Notes: generated from the sequence alone by a model not told the origin. A stretch of DNA of 64,000 nt from Eledone cirrhosa (GCA_964016885.1 OZ024740.1:14012001-14076000), one strand, 5' to 3'; numbered from the stretch's first letter, positions 41,006-53,986 are shown. Program-made: numbers and translations.

Positions 41006-41205
41006 GGAAAAGAGTCAAGACCCCGACTGCTGAGCTCCGGCCGTTTCGACAGCTGGATCTGAACGTTCGGATCTAGCTGTCGAAAAGGCCGGAGCTCAGC
41101 CGTCGGGGTCCTGACTCTTTTCCTATTACTCACTCTACTACCCTAAGTATTGAGTACTCTGGTGCGTTATGGTCCACCTGGTATCTTACCAAACCCTCTT
41201 TGTTT
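41006..41205 (+). mobile_element. Hairpin-headed short element (family G copy 2)
   Basis: Imperfect palindrome at 41006-41123 plus a tail homologous to 29078-29156. Confidence 0.75.
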
Positions 41206-41239
41206 TATATATATATATATATATATGTGTGAATATATA

Positions 41240-41432
41240 TACGCGCAGCTCAGTTAAAAAGTTCATAGGCTGACCAAGATACTCTCATGGAATGACCAAA
41301 TGAGGTCAACATAGTCCCTGGAAAGAAACAATGCAGTTATTAATAAGAATTGAAATCAATGCATGCTAGATGTAACAGGTCTAGAATCACCCCTTCATAG
41401 TCAGGCTATGAACTTTTCAACCGACGCTCGTA
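41240..41432. mobile_element. Tc1/mariner-like MITE
   Basis: Imperfect TIRs TACG..GTTAAAAAGTTCATAGGCTGAC / GTCAGGCTATGAACTTTTCAAC..CGTA with TA at both ends. Confidence 0.6.
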
Positions 41433-42314
41433 TATCTATATATGCACATATGAAAATAAAAAATAATCAAATCGTGCGAAACCATTTTTCTGGTTTGTGA
41501 GCTGATGGGGTAAAGATGTATGTGTGTGTGTAAACTCGTCTTGTACACTGTTTCTTTATTTCCTTCTAGTCACTTCTATGCGCCAACACACTTCTCCTTA
41601 TCCTCTTTCAATCTTTTCTATATTTCATTTACCTGTCACTGTCATCCACCTTGTGGATTGTCTCTTTGTTGACCACTGGCCGTTGAGCTCTGTCCGCTGA
41701 GGCAGTTTTGCCCATCGCTGTCTTTGACAGTATTTAGCTGTTTTAACGGCTGTTCAAGCGATGAGTTTTCTCAATTTTATACGTATTCAAATACACTCCC
41801 GCTTCGTCTCGATCAGAAACTACATTGCTTCGGGAATTGAATAAGCGGTATGTCGCATATCCAATCTCTCATATATTTTATCTGATGAAAACATACTGAA
41901 ACACCATTGTACCTTTGAAATATGTATAATAAAATATATATTTTGGTTATGAGAATATTTTTCATTTATTAATATTTTGAATAATATTATATTTATATAT
42001 ATATATATATGGTTTTATATGTTTTTTATATATATATTATCCTTATCGACCCCTCTTCGGATTTTACTCTTCACATTTATTATTATTACTATATATATAT
42101 GTTTTAGGTAATTCCGAAGGAAAAGCAAAGGAAAAAAGAGTGCTCTATGTATAGAACACTGACAACCGATCCAGACGTATATTATTATTGTCTGTGATCC
42201 AGAAACGTTTGTTAATGGAGTAGTTATATTTAGTGTTGTTCACTTTCCAATTAAATATATATATATATTAAAGGTATATATTGAGTGAGGAACTCAAATA
42301 GTCTCTTATAACAA

Positions 42315-42749
42315 AATAGCTCTAAGAAAGAGATATTTCTGAGCCGTATATTATAATAGAATATAAAAGAAAAACGAACACAGATATATAGATATATGTG
42401 TTCAAATCGTAAGGGACCTGATTCGCTAAGGTGAAAAGAATACTAACTATAGACAATATTTTATATATATAGCATACATAGATGTGTCTAGGATACTAAT
42501 TCATCACCCACTGATGAGCTTGGATTGGTATTTCTATTCACAATTAACTTTGCGAAACAACAACAAGTTGTCTGGGTGATTGGTAGTTAGCACAATTCCA
42601 GTTTGTATTTATTTTCTTAATTTTTTCTTAAATTGACACAAGCGAACGCAATTGTCTATAGTTAGTATTCTTTTCACCTTAGCGAATCAGGTCCCTTACG
42701 ATTTGAACACATATATCTATATATCTGTGTTCGTTTTTCTTTTATATTC

Positions 42750-42755
<6 letters not shown>
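42315..42755 (+). mobile_element. Non-coding family F element: about 100-bp inverted arms enclosing a hammerhead
   Basis: About 42352-42456 is the reverse complement of 42652-42755, with the HHR in between. Confidence 0.82.
42503..42580 (+). ncRNA. Canonical type I hammerhead ribozyme
   Basis: atcaccca-CTGATGA(42511)-gc...gc-GAAA(42554)-caac aacaa gttg-TC-tgggtgat. It has an 8-bp stem I, a 4-bp stem III and a GUC site. Confidence 0.85.
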
Positions 42756-42819
<64 letters not shown>

Positions 42820-42889
42820 GAAAGTTAGAGTTAATAACTCTTACCGAAACCCTGTAATCAATAAGCTCCAAGTATAAATACTGAGCATT

Positions 42890-43345
42890 ATAATAATAAT
42901 ATATATGTAGTAAGAAACACAGTAAATCGTGTGTCTAATATTACGAGGGTTGAAAGACCACATTTGTTTGAAATATTTAACCATGAAGCAGACAGAATGA
43001 TAAAATAAAATAAAATTATATTATACAAACCGCCCCAATAACAATTATATCTCTCGGACAGATTAGGGATAATCTGTTTCGCCCTGAGTGTATTTGTAAC
43101 AGATAATCCTGGGCATCATCAGCGAGAGAATCTGATTAAATGCAACAAACACCTAGTACCAACGTTCACACAGAAAGATGAATTTATCACCTCGTGCGCC
43201 GCAAGTCAAAAGTGGTATGAGTGTATTGGTTAGAAACAACAGTCCAACATACGCAACTTAATAAGCTCACCTCATGAGGGAGCCGAAATATTTCAACCCT
43301 CGTAATATTGGACACACGATTTACTGTGTTTCCTACTACATATAT

Positions 43346-43360
<15 letters not shown>
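42890..43360 (-). mobile_element. Non-coding element with about 65-bp inverted arms enclosing a hammerhead
   Basis: 42890-42955 is the reverse complement of 43291-43360. The element is flanked by AT microsatellite. Confidence 0.75.
43051..43128 (-). ncRNA. Canonical type I hammerhead ribozyme
   Basis: Minus strand: ctctcg-CTGATGA-t-gccc...gggc-GAAA-cagatta tccc taatctg-TC-cgagag, with a 7-bp stem III and a GUC site. Confidence 0.88.
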
Positions 43361-43410
<50 letters not shown>

Positions 43411-43586
43411 AAAAAAGGAAATTTCATTTCTCACTCTAAGTACGGCTGATACTTAAATGTAAGTATGTTAATTATAATAAATGTTCGGTAAACCCATACG
43501 TACATATATATATGTGTGCATGTATGTATATACATACTACTGTACGTCTGTATACATATATGTATGTACGTATACATACTTACATT

Positions 43587-43617
<31 letters not shown>

Positions 43618-43769
43618 TATAAGGGGCTCGCTTTCACCAGATTTTGTGTAACAGCAAACCCTAAGTCTTTTGTTTATTGTAATATTTCTTCGTGTAAGAG
43701 AAGATAAAAACCCTTCACTATCAAACAACTGCAATCTTGTGTATTTTAGTGATTGTATGTTTAGTTACT

Positions 43770-43920
43770 GCCGTTGTTGTTGTTGTTGCTGTTGCTGTTG
43801 TTGTTGTTGTTGCTATTGTTGTTGTTGCTGTTGTTGTTGTTGTTGTTGTTATTGCTGCCGTTGTTGTTGTTGTTGATGTTGCTGCTGCTGCTGTTGTTGC
43901 TGCTGTTGTTGTTGTTGCCG

Positions 43921-43969
<49 letters not shown>

Positions 43970-44058
43970 CGTCGTTGATGTTGTTGTTGTTGTTGTCGTT
44001 GTTATTGCTGCTGTTGTCATTGTTGTTGTTTTCGTTGTTGTTGTTGCTGTTGTTGTTT
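43770..44058. repeat. (GTT)n microsatellite
   Basis: Direct inspection. Confidence 0.95.
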
Positions 44059-44475
44059 TACTGATTTATTTCTCTATTCCTATCTCCAATAACTGGTAAA
44101 TCTTATTAAGCTTCAATGTTACAACAGTTGGTCCAACACAGACGTGATTTATAACAGCCGCCATCTTGTGTAGGGAGCATTTTCTTCTTTCACTTCAGTT
44201 TTATTATTATTACTATTATTATTGTTATTGTTGTTGTTGTTGTTGTTACTATTATTATATTGACTGCTGATATTGTTTGCCAAACTTCACTTAGTCGGAC
44301 TTGATCCGTTCTACATAAATTATATTCCCTAAACTGTGCATTTGTTTGGCAAGTAATTTGATATGTGATGCTGGATGTGTGGGGAACTAAAACAACAGGA
44401 TTCTCATAGAATCACTACTGCAGACGTAACAAACATATGGCGATTATATTAAAAAACATCATATATATATGTATC

Positions 44476-44559
<84 letters not shown>

Positions 44560-45303
44560 CATATATATATATATATATATATGTGTGTGATATATATATG
44601 TATATATATATAATATATATATGTGTGTGTGTGTATATATATATATATGCATATATATGTGTGTGTTCGTATATATATAGTTATATATATACATATATTT
44701 ATATATATACATATATATGTACATATACGTATATGTATATATTTATGGCGGCGATGATTTAGTTTTGCGAGTTTTTTTTTTATATGAAATCGTGTGTCGA
44801 AACAAATATTGTTATACTTGGGGAGGGTCATATTTGTGTAATATTGCCAGAATTAATAACAGAACACACTCACTGTTTCGTTGGTTTTCGCTTCTTGCTT
44901 CTGTGTCTTTTATATCGGTAATCTAACCTACTCGGTCCTCAATATGGCCATTGACTGACCGACGGTCAAAAGTAATACAGATACAATATAGACACAAACA
45001 CATATATATAGTTTATCATAAATCTTTCGTTGCACATCTGCAACATCGTCAGTGGTGCTATATTTTCCTCCTGTTGTATTGTATGTCTACGCCATTTTTA
45101 TTCAGTCTGTCTATATATTTATTTATTTATTTTCTTGTTTGTTTATTTTATTTTGTCTTCTTTGCGCATGCGTTTGCGTGTGTGTATAGTGTTTTGTTTG
45201 TTGTGTGATGAGTGACTAGTGTGTGTTTATGTGCTTGTTGTTATTGTGCTTGTGTATGTATTTATATATTTATTTATTTATTTATTTTATTTTATTTATT
45301 TAT

Positions 45304-46751
45304 TTATACTTCTCTTAGGTCAGTGTTGTTTGTTTGGGTGTTGTTGTTATTCCATTCATTCTTTCTGTTTAGCCTTGGTCTTCTAATTTCTATTTCACTG
45401 GCCTCTCTGATTTGCCTATCTGCTGGGTCATTTCTATGTTTAGATATTATTCTAATTTCTATGTTGTCTATGTTACCGTCATGTTGTTGTCTAGCATGTT
45501 CGTATAGTACTGACCCAATTTTTCGTCCTTTTAGTTCCTCCCAGTGTTGGTCTATCCTTTCACCTATGCTACGAGCTGTCTCACCTATGTATGTTGTTGT
45601 CATGTTTCTGCAAGTACCCTCTGTACATCTTATGCTATAGACTACGTTTCTAGTTTTACAGTTTATCCGGGGGTTCACCTTACATATGATACATTTCCTA
45701 TTGGTACAGTGGGTTTTCTTTAAAGGGTAGGTTTTGCTGATCAGGGATTTTATGGTGGTTCCTGGCTTTTCTACCACCTTTATTTTCAAGTGGATCTTTC
45801 TCAGGGCCTTTCTACATTGGTTAGCTAATTTCCCTCCAGGGGTAGCGTCCACAAACATGACACTCTGGTATCTCTGGTTGTCGTACCATGAGGTGGCTTT
45901 CCCTATCTTATGTCTAGCCCTATCTAAGCTATTCCATGATTTGCTCCTGTATAATGGGCAAATTCCTTTCATGTCCAGTTCTATGAGGGTCTTATACTTC
46001 TCCATGGCTCCTTCGTATACTCTGACTCTGTCTCTTTGGTTGTAGCCAGAGAACTGCATGCGGTTGATGAAGTGTTGGATGTGTCTTTCCATTTCTGTTG
46101 GGTCGCACATGCGGGACACATTCTTCATCACTCGTACTAAATCTGCGATCAGAATATCAAACTTAGCACTACTGGACATTGCTCAGTTTTTGAGTATCAG
46201 GTATTTAGAGGCCATGGGTTTATCATAGTGTGAGTGGTGAATTTGGGCTCTCTCGTCTATAGTGTTAATCCAGAGTTCTGTGTCTAATACAGGTAGTCTA
46301 TTGTTAGGGTGTTTGGAAGGGAAGTCGATAGTTACAGTTATACACTGGTGTATGGAATTAGCTATCTGCTGGATGCTTTCCATCGTGCTACGTTCTAAAT
46401 CAAACTTGTTAGTACTCTCTAGTGGAGGTGTTCTTATAACTATATTGATATCGTCTACATAACGAGAGTACATGATGAGGTCTATGGAGCTCTCATTAAG
46501 GAGATCTTTAAGTCTCCTTTCCCACCATACCATGAAAAGGTTGGCAAGATCACCAGCTATGCTGACGCCGATGGCTGCTCCCTCATATTGGGTGTAGATC
46601 TTCTCGTTGAACTTAAATATGTGGCCCTTTAGGGTAGTTTTGATACTAGCCCCTATTGCATGTGCGACCATTTTTCTTACCTGATCATTGTTTTGGGGGG
46701 TCCTTATAGCTTTGGTCCACCCAATCCACCTTCCCATGGGAGTCTTTTTTG
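45304..46751 (-). pseudogene. PLE RT C-half plus GIY-YIG, 5'-truncated and interrupted near 46183
   Basis: ORFs carry YSRYVDD, LPVLD, CTNRKCIIC, NVVYSIRC..YIGETARSIGER and RQIREASEI..PRLN. Confidence 0.93.
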
Positions 46752-47365
46752 GTAGACATAAGATAGGGAAAGCCACCTCATGGTATGACAACCAGAGATA
46801 CCAGAGTGTCATGTTTGTGGACGCTACCCCTGGAGGGAAATTAGCTAACCAGTGTAGAAAGGCCCTGAGAAAGACCCACTTGAAAATAAAGGTGGTAGAA
46901 AAGCCAGGAACCACCATAAAATCCCTGATCAGCAAAACCTACCGTTTTAAGAAAACCCACTGTACCAATAGGAAATGTATCATATATAAGGTGAACGCCC
47001 GGATAAACTGTAAAACTAGAAACGTAGTCTATAGCATAAGATGTACAGAGGGTACTTGCAGAAACATGACAACAACATACATAGGTGAGACAGCACGTAG
47101 CATAGGTGAAAGGATAGACCAACACTGGGGGGAACTAAAAGGACGAAAAACGGGTCAATACTATACGAACATGCTAGACAACAACATGACGGTAACATAG
47201 ACAACATAGAAATTAGAATAATATCTAAACATAGAAATGACCCAGCAGATAGGCAAATCAGAGAGGCCAGTGAAATAGAAATTAGAAGATCAAGGCTAAA
47301 CAGAAAGAATGAATGGAATAACAACAACACCCAAACAAACAACACTGACCTAAGAGAAGTATAAA
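46752..47365 (+). pseudogene. Inverted duplicate of the PLE linker/GIY-YIG region, frameshifted
   Basis: HKIGKATSWY...YIGETARSIGER in ORF 46688-47200. Confidence 0.9.
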
Positions 47366-47857
47366 TAAGTAAATAAAATAAAATAAATAAATAAATACAT
47401 ACACAAGCACAATAACAACAAGCACATAAACACACACTAGTCACCCATCACACAACAAACAAAACACTATACACACACGCAAACGCATGCGCAAAGAAGA
47501 CAAAATAAAATAAACAAACAAGAAAATAAATAAATAAATATATAGAGAGACTGAATAAAAATGGCGTAGACATACAATACAACAGGAGGAAAATATAGCA
47601 CCACTGACGATGTTGCAGATGTGCAACGAAAGATTTATGATAAACTATATATATGTGTGTGTGTCTATATTGTATCTGTATTACTTTTGACTGTCGGTCA
47701 GTCAATGGCAACATTGAGGACCGAGTAAGTTAGATTACCGATATAAAAGACACAGAAGCGAGAAGCGAAAACCAACCATACAGTGAGTGTGTTCTGTTAT
47801 TAATTCTGGCAATATTACACAAATATGACCCTCCCCATATATATTTATGTATTTATG

Positions 47858-47993
<136 letters not shown>

Positions 47994-48082
47994 AAGATTA
48001 AACAAGGTTCAATGAATAAATCAAAGAATGAGTTTTAAAATAGATTGGAAGCACTCAACAGAATTGGTTTTCCGGAGTTATT

Positions 48083-48251
48083 AATATTAATTCAAAATAT
48101 TAACAAAATAGATATTCTTGTGATCAAGTATATTATATTATACATATTTCAGAGGTACTGAGTTAACTTGAACAGTTAACTCAGTACCTCTGAAATATAT
48201 ATAATAAAATATACTTGATCACAAGAATATCTATTTTGTTAATATTTTGAA

Positions 48252-48258
<7 letters not shown>
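48083..48258. repeat. Near-perfect palindrome with arms of about 85 bp (fold-back remnant)
   Basis: The centre is GAGGTACTGAGTTAAC-TTGAACA-GTTAACTCAGTACCTC and the arms extend to AATATTAATTCAAAA / TTTTGAATTAATAT. Confidence 0.9.
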
Positions 48259-48326
<68 letters not shown>

Positions 48327-48480
48327 TTGAGCAAGACATTTTATTTCACGTTGTCCCTTCTACCTGGAGTTGCGACCGATAGATAGTATTAGCAATTGGA
48401 AAGACCAATGGAAACATTGTTTCCTCGGTCCGATTTGACGAAAGTCGATCGTTCCTTATGTGTGTATATATATATATAAA

Positions 48481-51295
48481 TCTATATATATATTTCATAA
48501 TGATTAATTTCGAAGTCACAAACTTCGATTTTATAATCTTATAGGCTTTTGCACTAACAAGTTCCATGACGGCCATTAAAGAGAGAGAGCGTTCCTTTTA
48601 CACAGTTCTTAACTCTCCCCCTTCCACAACACGACGTTATGGGATTGTATGTGTATGTGCGTGTGTATATGTGTGTGTATGTGTTTGTGTGTGTATGTGT
48701 GCGTGCATGTGTGTGTGTGTGTGTGTGTAATTTCCATAACGGCCAGAGAGAAGGATGTGTGAGAGGGAGATAGAAAGAGAGGAGGGAGAGAGAGAGAGTA
48801 AAATAAAGAAAGAGAGGAGTGTGTGTGACGCGAATATGATAAATACAGAGTTTATAATTTTAACTTATTTATTACACTTCTTAACTCTCCCCCTTCCACA
48901 ACGTCACGTCTTGGGATTGTGTGTGTATGTGTGTGTGTGTATGTGTGTGTGTTTGTGTGTATGTGTGTATGTTTGTGTGTGTATGTGTTTGTGTGTGTGT
49001 GTACGTGCGTATGTGTGTGCGTGTGTGCATGTGTGTGTATAAATGTGTTAATTGTAAGAAATAACAGACGATACTTTTTATTCAAAAAAATTAAACTCTA
49101 AAGCAGTTTTGATGTCATAAATCATATTTTCAAAGTGAAAATCGTCATTTCTTTAATACTTATTCAGAGGTTGAAATATATTTACTGTTTGTCTTTTGGT
49201 TTTTAATCAAATATTTACACATTGCTCAACCGACACTGCTAAACACGATATTAGCAAAATTATTTTGTAAGTATGAAAATCTAATATATAATTCCCGTGT
49301 AGAAAAAGTAGATGATAAAATATACTTTTTCGTCTTGCTTATTATTACAAAAATTTACACATTGTACACAACTATTTATTTCTTTTAATTGATTTGTATC
49401 AGCTTTATTCAATTACATATTTTCGGTAGAATGCCTCGAAAAAGAAAGAGTAACATTGGAAAAAAAACAAAAAATGCTTTTGCTTTGCGTTCTTTGCGCG
49501 CAAGCGAAACAGAAGAACAATGTGTGCTACGGCGTGCTCGCAATGCTGCTTCTACCTCGATCGCCAGAGCATTACAAACAACTGAACAAGCAGAACTCCG
49601 GCGTGCTCACAATGCTGCCTCTACTTTGAACATCAGAGCATTACAGAAAGCTGAACAAGCAGAACTCCGGCGTGCTCGCAATGCTGCTTCTAATTCCAAT
49701 AGCCGTGTTTTAGAGACTGTTGACCAAAGGGCAACAAGGCTTGCGGCTGATTCTCAACGGAAAATGCGTACTTATGTCTTTCCGAGGGATTCTTCCTGTT
49801 ACTGGTCTAAGAAAGGTTTTCAATACAACCCCCAAGAGGACTACGCATCCCATCCACATATCATCATTGGTAGTATGTCAACTGTTTGCGTCCATTGTAA
49901 TGCAATGAGGTGGCCAGCGGAATCTACCGGTATATGTTGCTCCAATGGAACGGTTAGATTGCCTTATTTACAAGTCGGTGCCGAACCTTTGAATTCTTTG
50001 CTGCTTGGAGACCACCCTGATTCTAAACACTTTTTCAGAAATATAAGAGCCTACAATTCGGCATTCCAAATGACAAGCTTTGGTCATACACCAATAAAAG
50101 ATGGGAATTATATGCCCACATTTAAAGTGCAAGGCCAAATTTACCATCAAATAGGATCACTTATTCCACAAGATGGCAAAGAACACAGTTTTCTCCAGAT
50201 CTACTTTATGGGCAACGGACCTGAAGAAATTGCACGAAGGGCTTCAGTTGCTAAAGGAACGACACCTCTTCTGCAGCCCCTTCAATATATGCTTCATTCC
50301 ATAAACCCGTACATCACCATTTTCAAAACTGCTTTACAACGTAGAGATGCTAACAACAATCAATACGAGGTTGTCATTCGAAATGACCGCGCTCCACCAG
50401 GGCAGCATCAGGGTTGCTTTAATAGACCCCAAACCGATGAAGTTGCGGTGATTATAACATGTCCTAATCAGAGCGCTTCAAACCGTGATATTATTATTGA
50501 ATGGCAGGACTCGCATCTTCAAAAAATAAATGAACTTCATCCCGCATATGATGCTCTCCAGTATCCATTGCTGTTCCCCTTTGGCGACGATGGCTACCGC
50601 ATTGATTTGCAAAAGTGTAATCCTGTAAGTTTAATGCATCTTACACCAGGGAAAACCATTTCACAAATGGAATTTTATGCATTTAGACTTATGTTTCGCA
50701 AAAACGACGTCAACATTCTGCATAGAACACGGATGCTCCTCAATCAATACTGTGTAGACATATTTGCTAAGATTGACACTGAACGCCTCCAATGGATAAG
50801 ACATCATCAAAAGGAACTGCGTTCAGAAGAATACGGCAATCTACGTGACGAAGTAAACCGAAATGATCAGGCTAATGCTTCGGATGTTGGGCTTTCTGTC
50901 ATTATCCCATCATCATACACTGGAGGCCCCCGTTACATGCATGAAAAAATGCAGGATGCTCTGACCTATGTCCGCCATTGTGGCCGTCCTGATCTTTTTA
51001 TCACCTTTACATGACATCCAGTCTCATTTACTGTTTGTCTTTCGGTTATTAATAAAAAAAATTACACATTGTTCAACCGACACGGCTAATGATACATTTC
51101 TCTATGTTCACATTTTAATGACACATATCTGTAAATAAAACTTGCTCTTTTTGAATACCGTCTCATTTTGTTTTATTGAAAGAGTTGATCAGGTAAAATT
51201 ATCCTCCAAGTTAAACATACAACACAGAAATTGACCATTAACATTGCAGCCCTACCAAGAACTGACACCGTCCAATGGACGGGGGTCATTTGCTA

Positions 51296-51296
<1 letters not shown>
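48481..51296 (+). mobile_element. Internally deleted Helitron
   Basis: A|TC start at 48481 (tentative). The 3' hairpin GACACCGTCC-AAT-GGACGGGGGTC is followed by CTAG|T at 51293-51297. A RepHel N-terminal ORF lies inside. Confidence 0.82.
49431..51014 (+). pseudogene. Helitron RepHel protein, N-terminal part only (truncated at the start of the Rep domain, no helicase)
   Basis: Motifs CVHC..CC, NIRAYNSAFQMTSFG, FKVQGQIYH, YDALQYPLLFP and PSSYTGGPRYM..DA..GRPDLFITFT. The first ATG (MPRKRK) is at 49431. Confidence 0.9.
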
Positions 51297-51379
<83 letters not shown>

Positions 51380-51516
51380 CCATGTGTGTGGTGAACTGAA
51401 AGAGTAAGCGGCAAGACAAGATAAGAAGAGATGTACTCCTCCTTTCGGGAGTAAAACAGATCATATATTATCAACATTCAATATTTCTTTAACTTCCTGT
51501 ATTGATTAGTGAGGGG

Positions 51517-51690
51517 GCGGCGGCGACACATTGACACAACCATTAGAGTGTCCGACGAAATACTTGCCGCCATTTTGTTACCACTCTTTTGGTTGTAAGT
51601 TATAAAATCGCTCATGTTCGCCTTTCATCGTTCCGTGGTCGATGAAATAAAGTACCAGACAACTCCTGGGATTAATTGGGTCAGATTTGC
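51517..51690 (+). mobile_element. Degenerate octopus-type SINE
   Basis: GCCTTTCATCGTTCCGTGGTCGATGAAATAAAGTACCAG, homologous to the reverse complement of 21520-21560. Confidence 0.6.
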
Positions 51691-51699
51691 ATCCCCATG

Positions 51700-51840
51700 C
51701 ACATGGCTTAGTGGCTAGAGCATTGGGCTTGCAATCGAAAGGTTGTGAGTTCAATTCTCGGACCGGGTGAATAGTTGTTTCCTTGGGAAAGACATTTTAT
51801 TTCACGTTGCTCCAGTTTACTCAGCTGTAGAAATGAGATG
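51700..51840 (+). mobile_element. tRNA-derived SINE
   Basis: A-box TGGCTTAGTGG and B-box GAGTTCAATTC, then CCTTGGGAAAGACATTTTATTTCACGTTG, which is also seen at about 48325. Confidence 0.7.
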
Positions 51841-52088
51841 ATAGGACTGGGGTCCCTATCATTAAATCACCAAAGACACCTCCTACGAGATATACCTTGG
51901 AGGAGGCCAGCTAAACCTGCATAGGTGTGAGCTGTCACACACAAACACACACACATCCCCAAATTTCCCGTCTTCCCGCCTAAATTTATAATCAATATTT
52001 AGATTACTATATTAGCACTAAGTTCAATTTTTTTGCTATAGTTTTCCTTGTTCCTAACAATACACACAGATACACATACATACACACG

Positions 52089-52126
<38 letters not shown>

Positions 52127-52605
52127 TACACAAACACACATACACACATACACACAGACATACACAAACACACACACGCACACACACAAACACACACACA
52201 GACACACGCACATACACACACATATATTATAGAGAGTCCGTTCAAGAGAACCGACTTCGGCTATGATGACATCATTTCTATCCGTTCCCTTGTCTTTAGA
52301 TTAGGATTGCCTCGGAAACGTAACCTTATTACATAAAGATGTTGTCTGATGATCTCGCGTGAACTGTGATGTGATTGAACAATGGTGTAGCCTCGATCGT
52401 CATTGAAATATGTGTCTCAGCTTTGTTAATAAAGGATTCTTTAACATCTACACCGAACTTTTTACATGTTCCTTATTCTACATATACTCCGCCACTGACA
52501 AATCCTGTTTGAATGAAAAAACATGACGTTGAATCGAATTACATCATTATTTAGTGGTTTGTGTATTGCGTGCGCAACCACGTTTAGTCAACATGTTTAC
52601 TCTAA

Positions 52606-52729
<124 letters not shown>

Positions 52730-52827
52730 TTATATATATATTACCGTGTCGGTTGTCACAATCAGTTATGACCGGCATGGGCTGGTGTTTGAATTCTGTC
52801 GATCGATTGGTTATTGATTAGGCGATA

Positions 52828-52937
52828 CCCGCTGATGAAGCCGCATAAGCCGATTGTGCATTGTTGCATAATATATGCAGACAGATGGTGCAGTGCACCT
52901 TACTGCTGCATTAGTGCGGCAGAAACTCGAGTCCGGG
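52828..52937 (+). ncRNA. Type I hammerhead ribozyme with extended stem II
   Basis: cccg-CTGATGA(52832)-a-gccgcat...gtgcggc-a-GAAA(52922)-ctcgag-TC-cggg. Confidence 0.8.
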
Positions 52938-53081
52938 ACCTTATAGGCACCCGTTTTACGTGTGTTGTGTTGAGGCAAATAATTATGTGTATACTCTGGT
53001 AATATATCTTACATTGCCTATTGAGTGCGCTGAGATACAACCGGTACTGGCATTGATAAATATGCTGGGTCCGTCAACCCT

Positions 53082-53152
<71 letters not shown>

Positions 53153-53520
53153 TAGATTCAGCGAGAATCGCATTTCGGCGGGTAGAAATGGCGAAACGAA
53201 ACGCATAAATCAGATATGATACTGGCAAGCGCTCAATAGTTTAAAAACCAGAGCTAAACAATATGTTAAGAGGCCATACAAAACTGAAACACAATCGGTA
53301 CAGTATATGGAAGGGATATATTAGGTTAACGCTTGATATAGCAGGAAGAGGGTCTTAACGTTTTGGACGCTAGTCTTTCACCAGAAGAAAGAATGAGAAA
53401 TAAGATAGATTGAGGGGAAGGGCGGGTTGGAATTGGAAAACATGTCTTTAGATAAGAATAACAGGTCCATTAATGTTGGAGAGTAGTATTGAAGGTACAA
53501 GGGTGGGAGTGAAAAATAGA

Positions 53521-53550
<30 letters not shown>

Positions 53551-53559
<9 letters not shown>

Positions 53560-53979
53560 TGTATATATAGTGTATTTTGCAATACACTGTATGCTTAATT
53601 AAAAGCATTTCGAAGACCTTACGCTATTGTTTTAGAGTAGTGACAGTCTCACTTACTTTAATTTTCAGCAAAGAGGGGAGATAAAGCTGACAGAGCTCCG
53701 TTTCGCACTTTTTGGTGCTTATCAAAGCTAACTACTCCTCCTGTTTGCTGAAAATCATGAATGTTTGATTCTTATAGAATTCTAGTAATAATCAGGAACT
53801 GATTATACAGAGCGGTTGCCGGTCGAGCAGAAATTGAAAATTAGAATTGGTGCTCTGAAATAGCGATATATATAAAACAATAGCGTAAGGTCTTCGAAAT
53901 GCTTTTACTTAAGCATACAGTGTATTGCAAAATACACTATATATACATTCATATATATATCGCTATTTCAGAGCACCAA

Positions 53980-53986
<7 letters not shown>
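53551..53986 (-). mobile_element. Non-coding element with 84-bp inverted arms and a decayed hammerhead (53685-53729)
   Basis: 53551-53634 is the reverse complement of 53873-53956. Minus strand: agct-TTGATAA-gcac caaaaa gtgc-GAAA-cggagctctg-TC-agct. A second short inversion pairs 53840-53870 with 53956-53986. Confidence 0.72.

Larger units (their letters stand above)
44745..47837 (-). mobile_element. Penelope-like element family A copy 2; large inverted structure with arms of about 1.1 kb
   Basis: Minus-strand RT-EN-pLTR-tail at 44745-46751, plus inverted EN-pLTR at 46752-47837. HHRs at 45015-45056 (-) and 47600-47641 (+). Confidence 0.93.

Noticed and set aside
41875-41915. CTGATGA...GAAA motif
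   Set aside because: No convincing stem II or stem I pairing.
51700-51770. tRNA gene
   Set aside because: It has A and B boxes but no clean cloverleaf and continues into a SINE body.
52300-52375. GAAA and CTGATGA in proximity
   Set aside because: I could not build consistent hammerhead stems.
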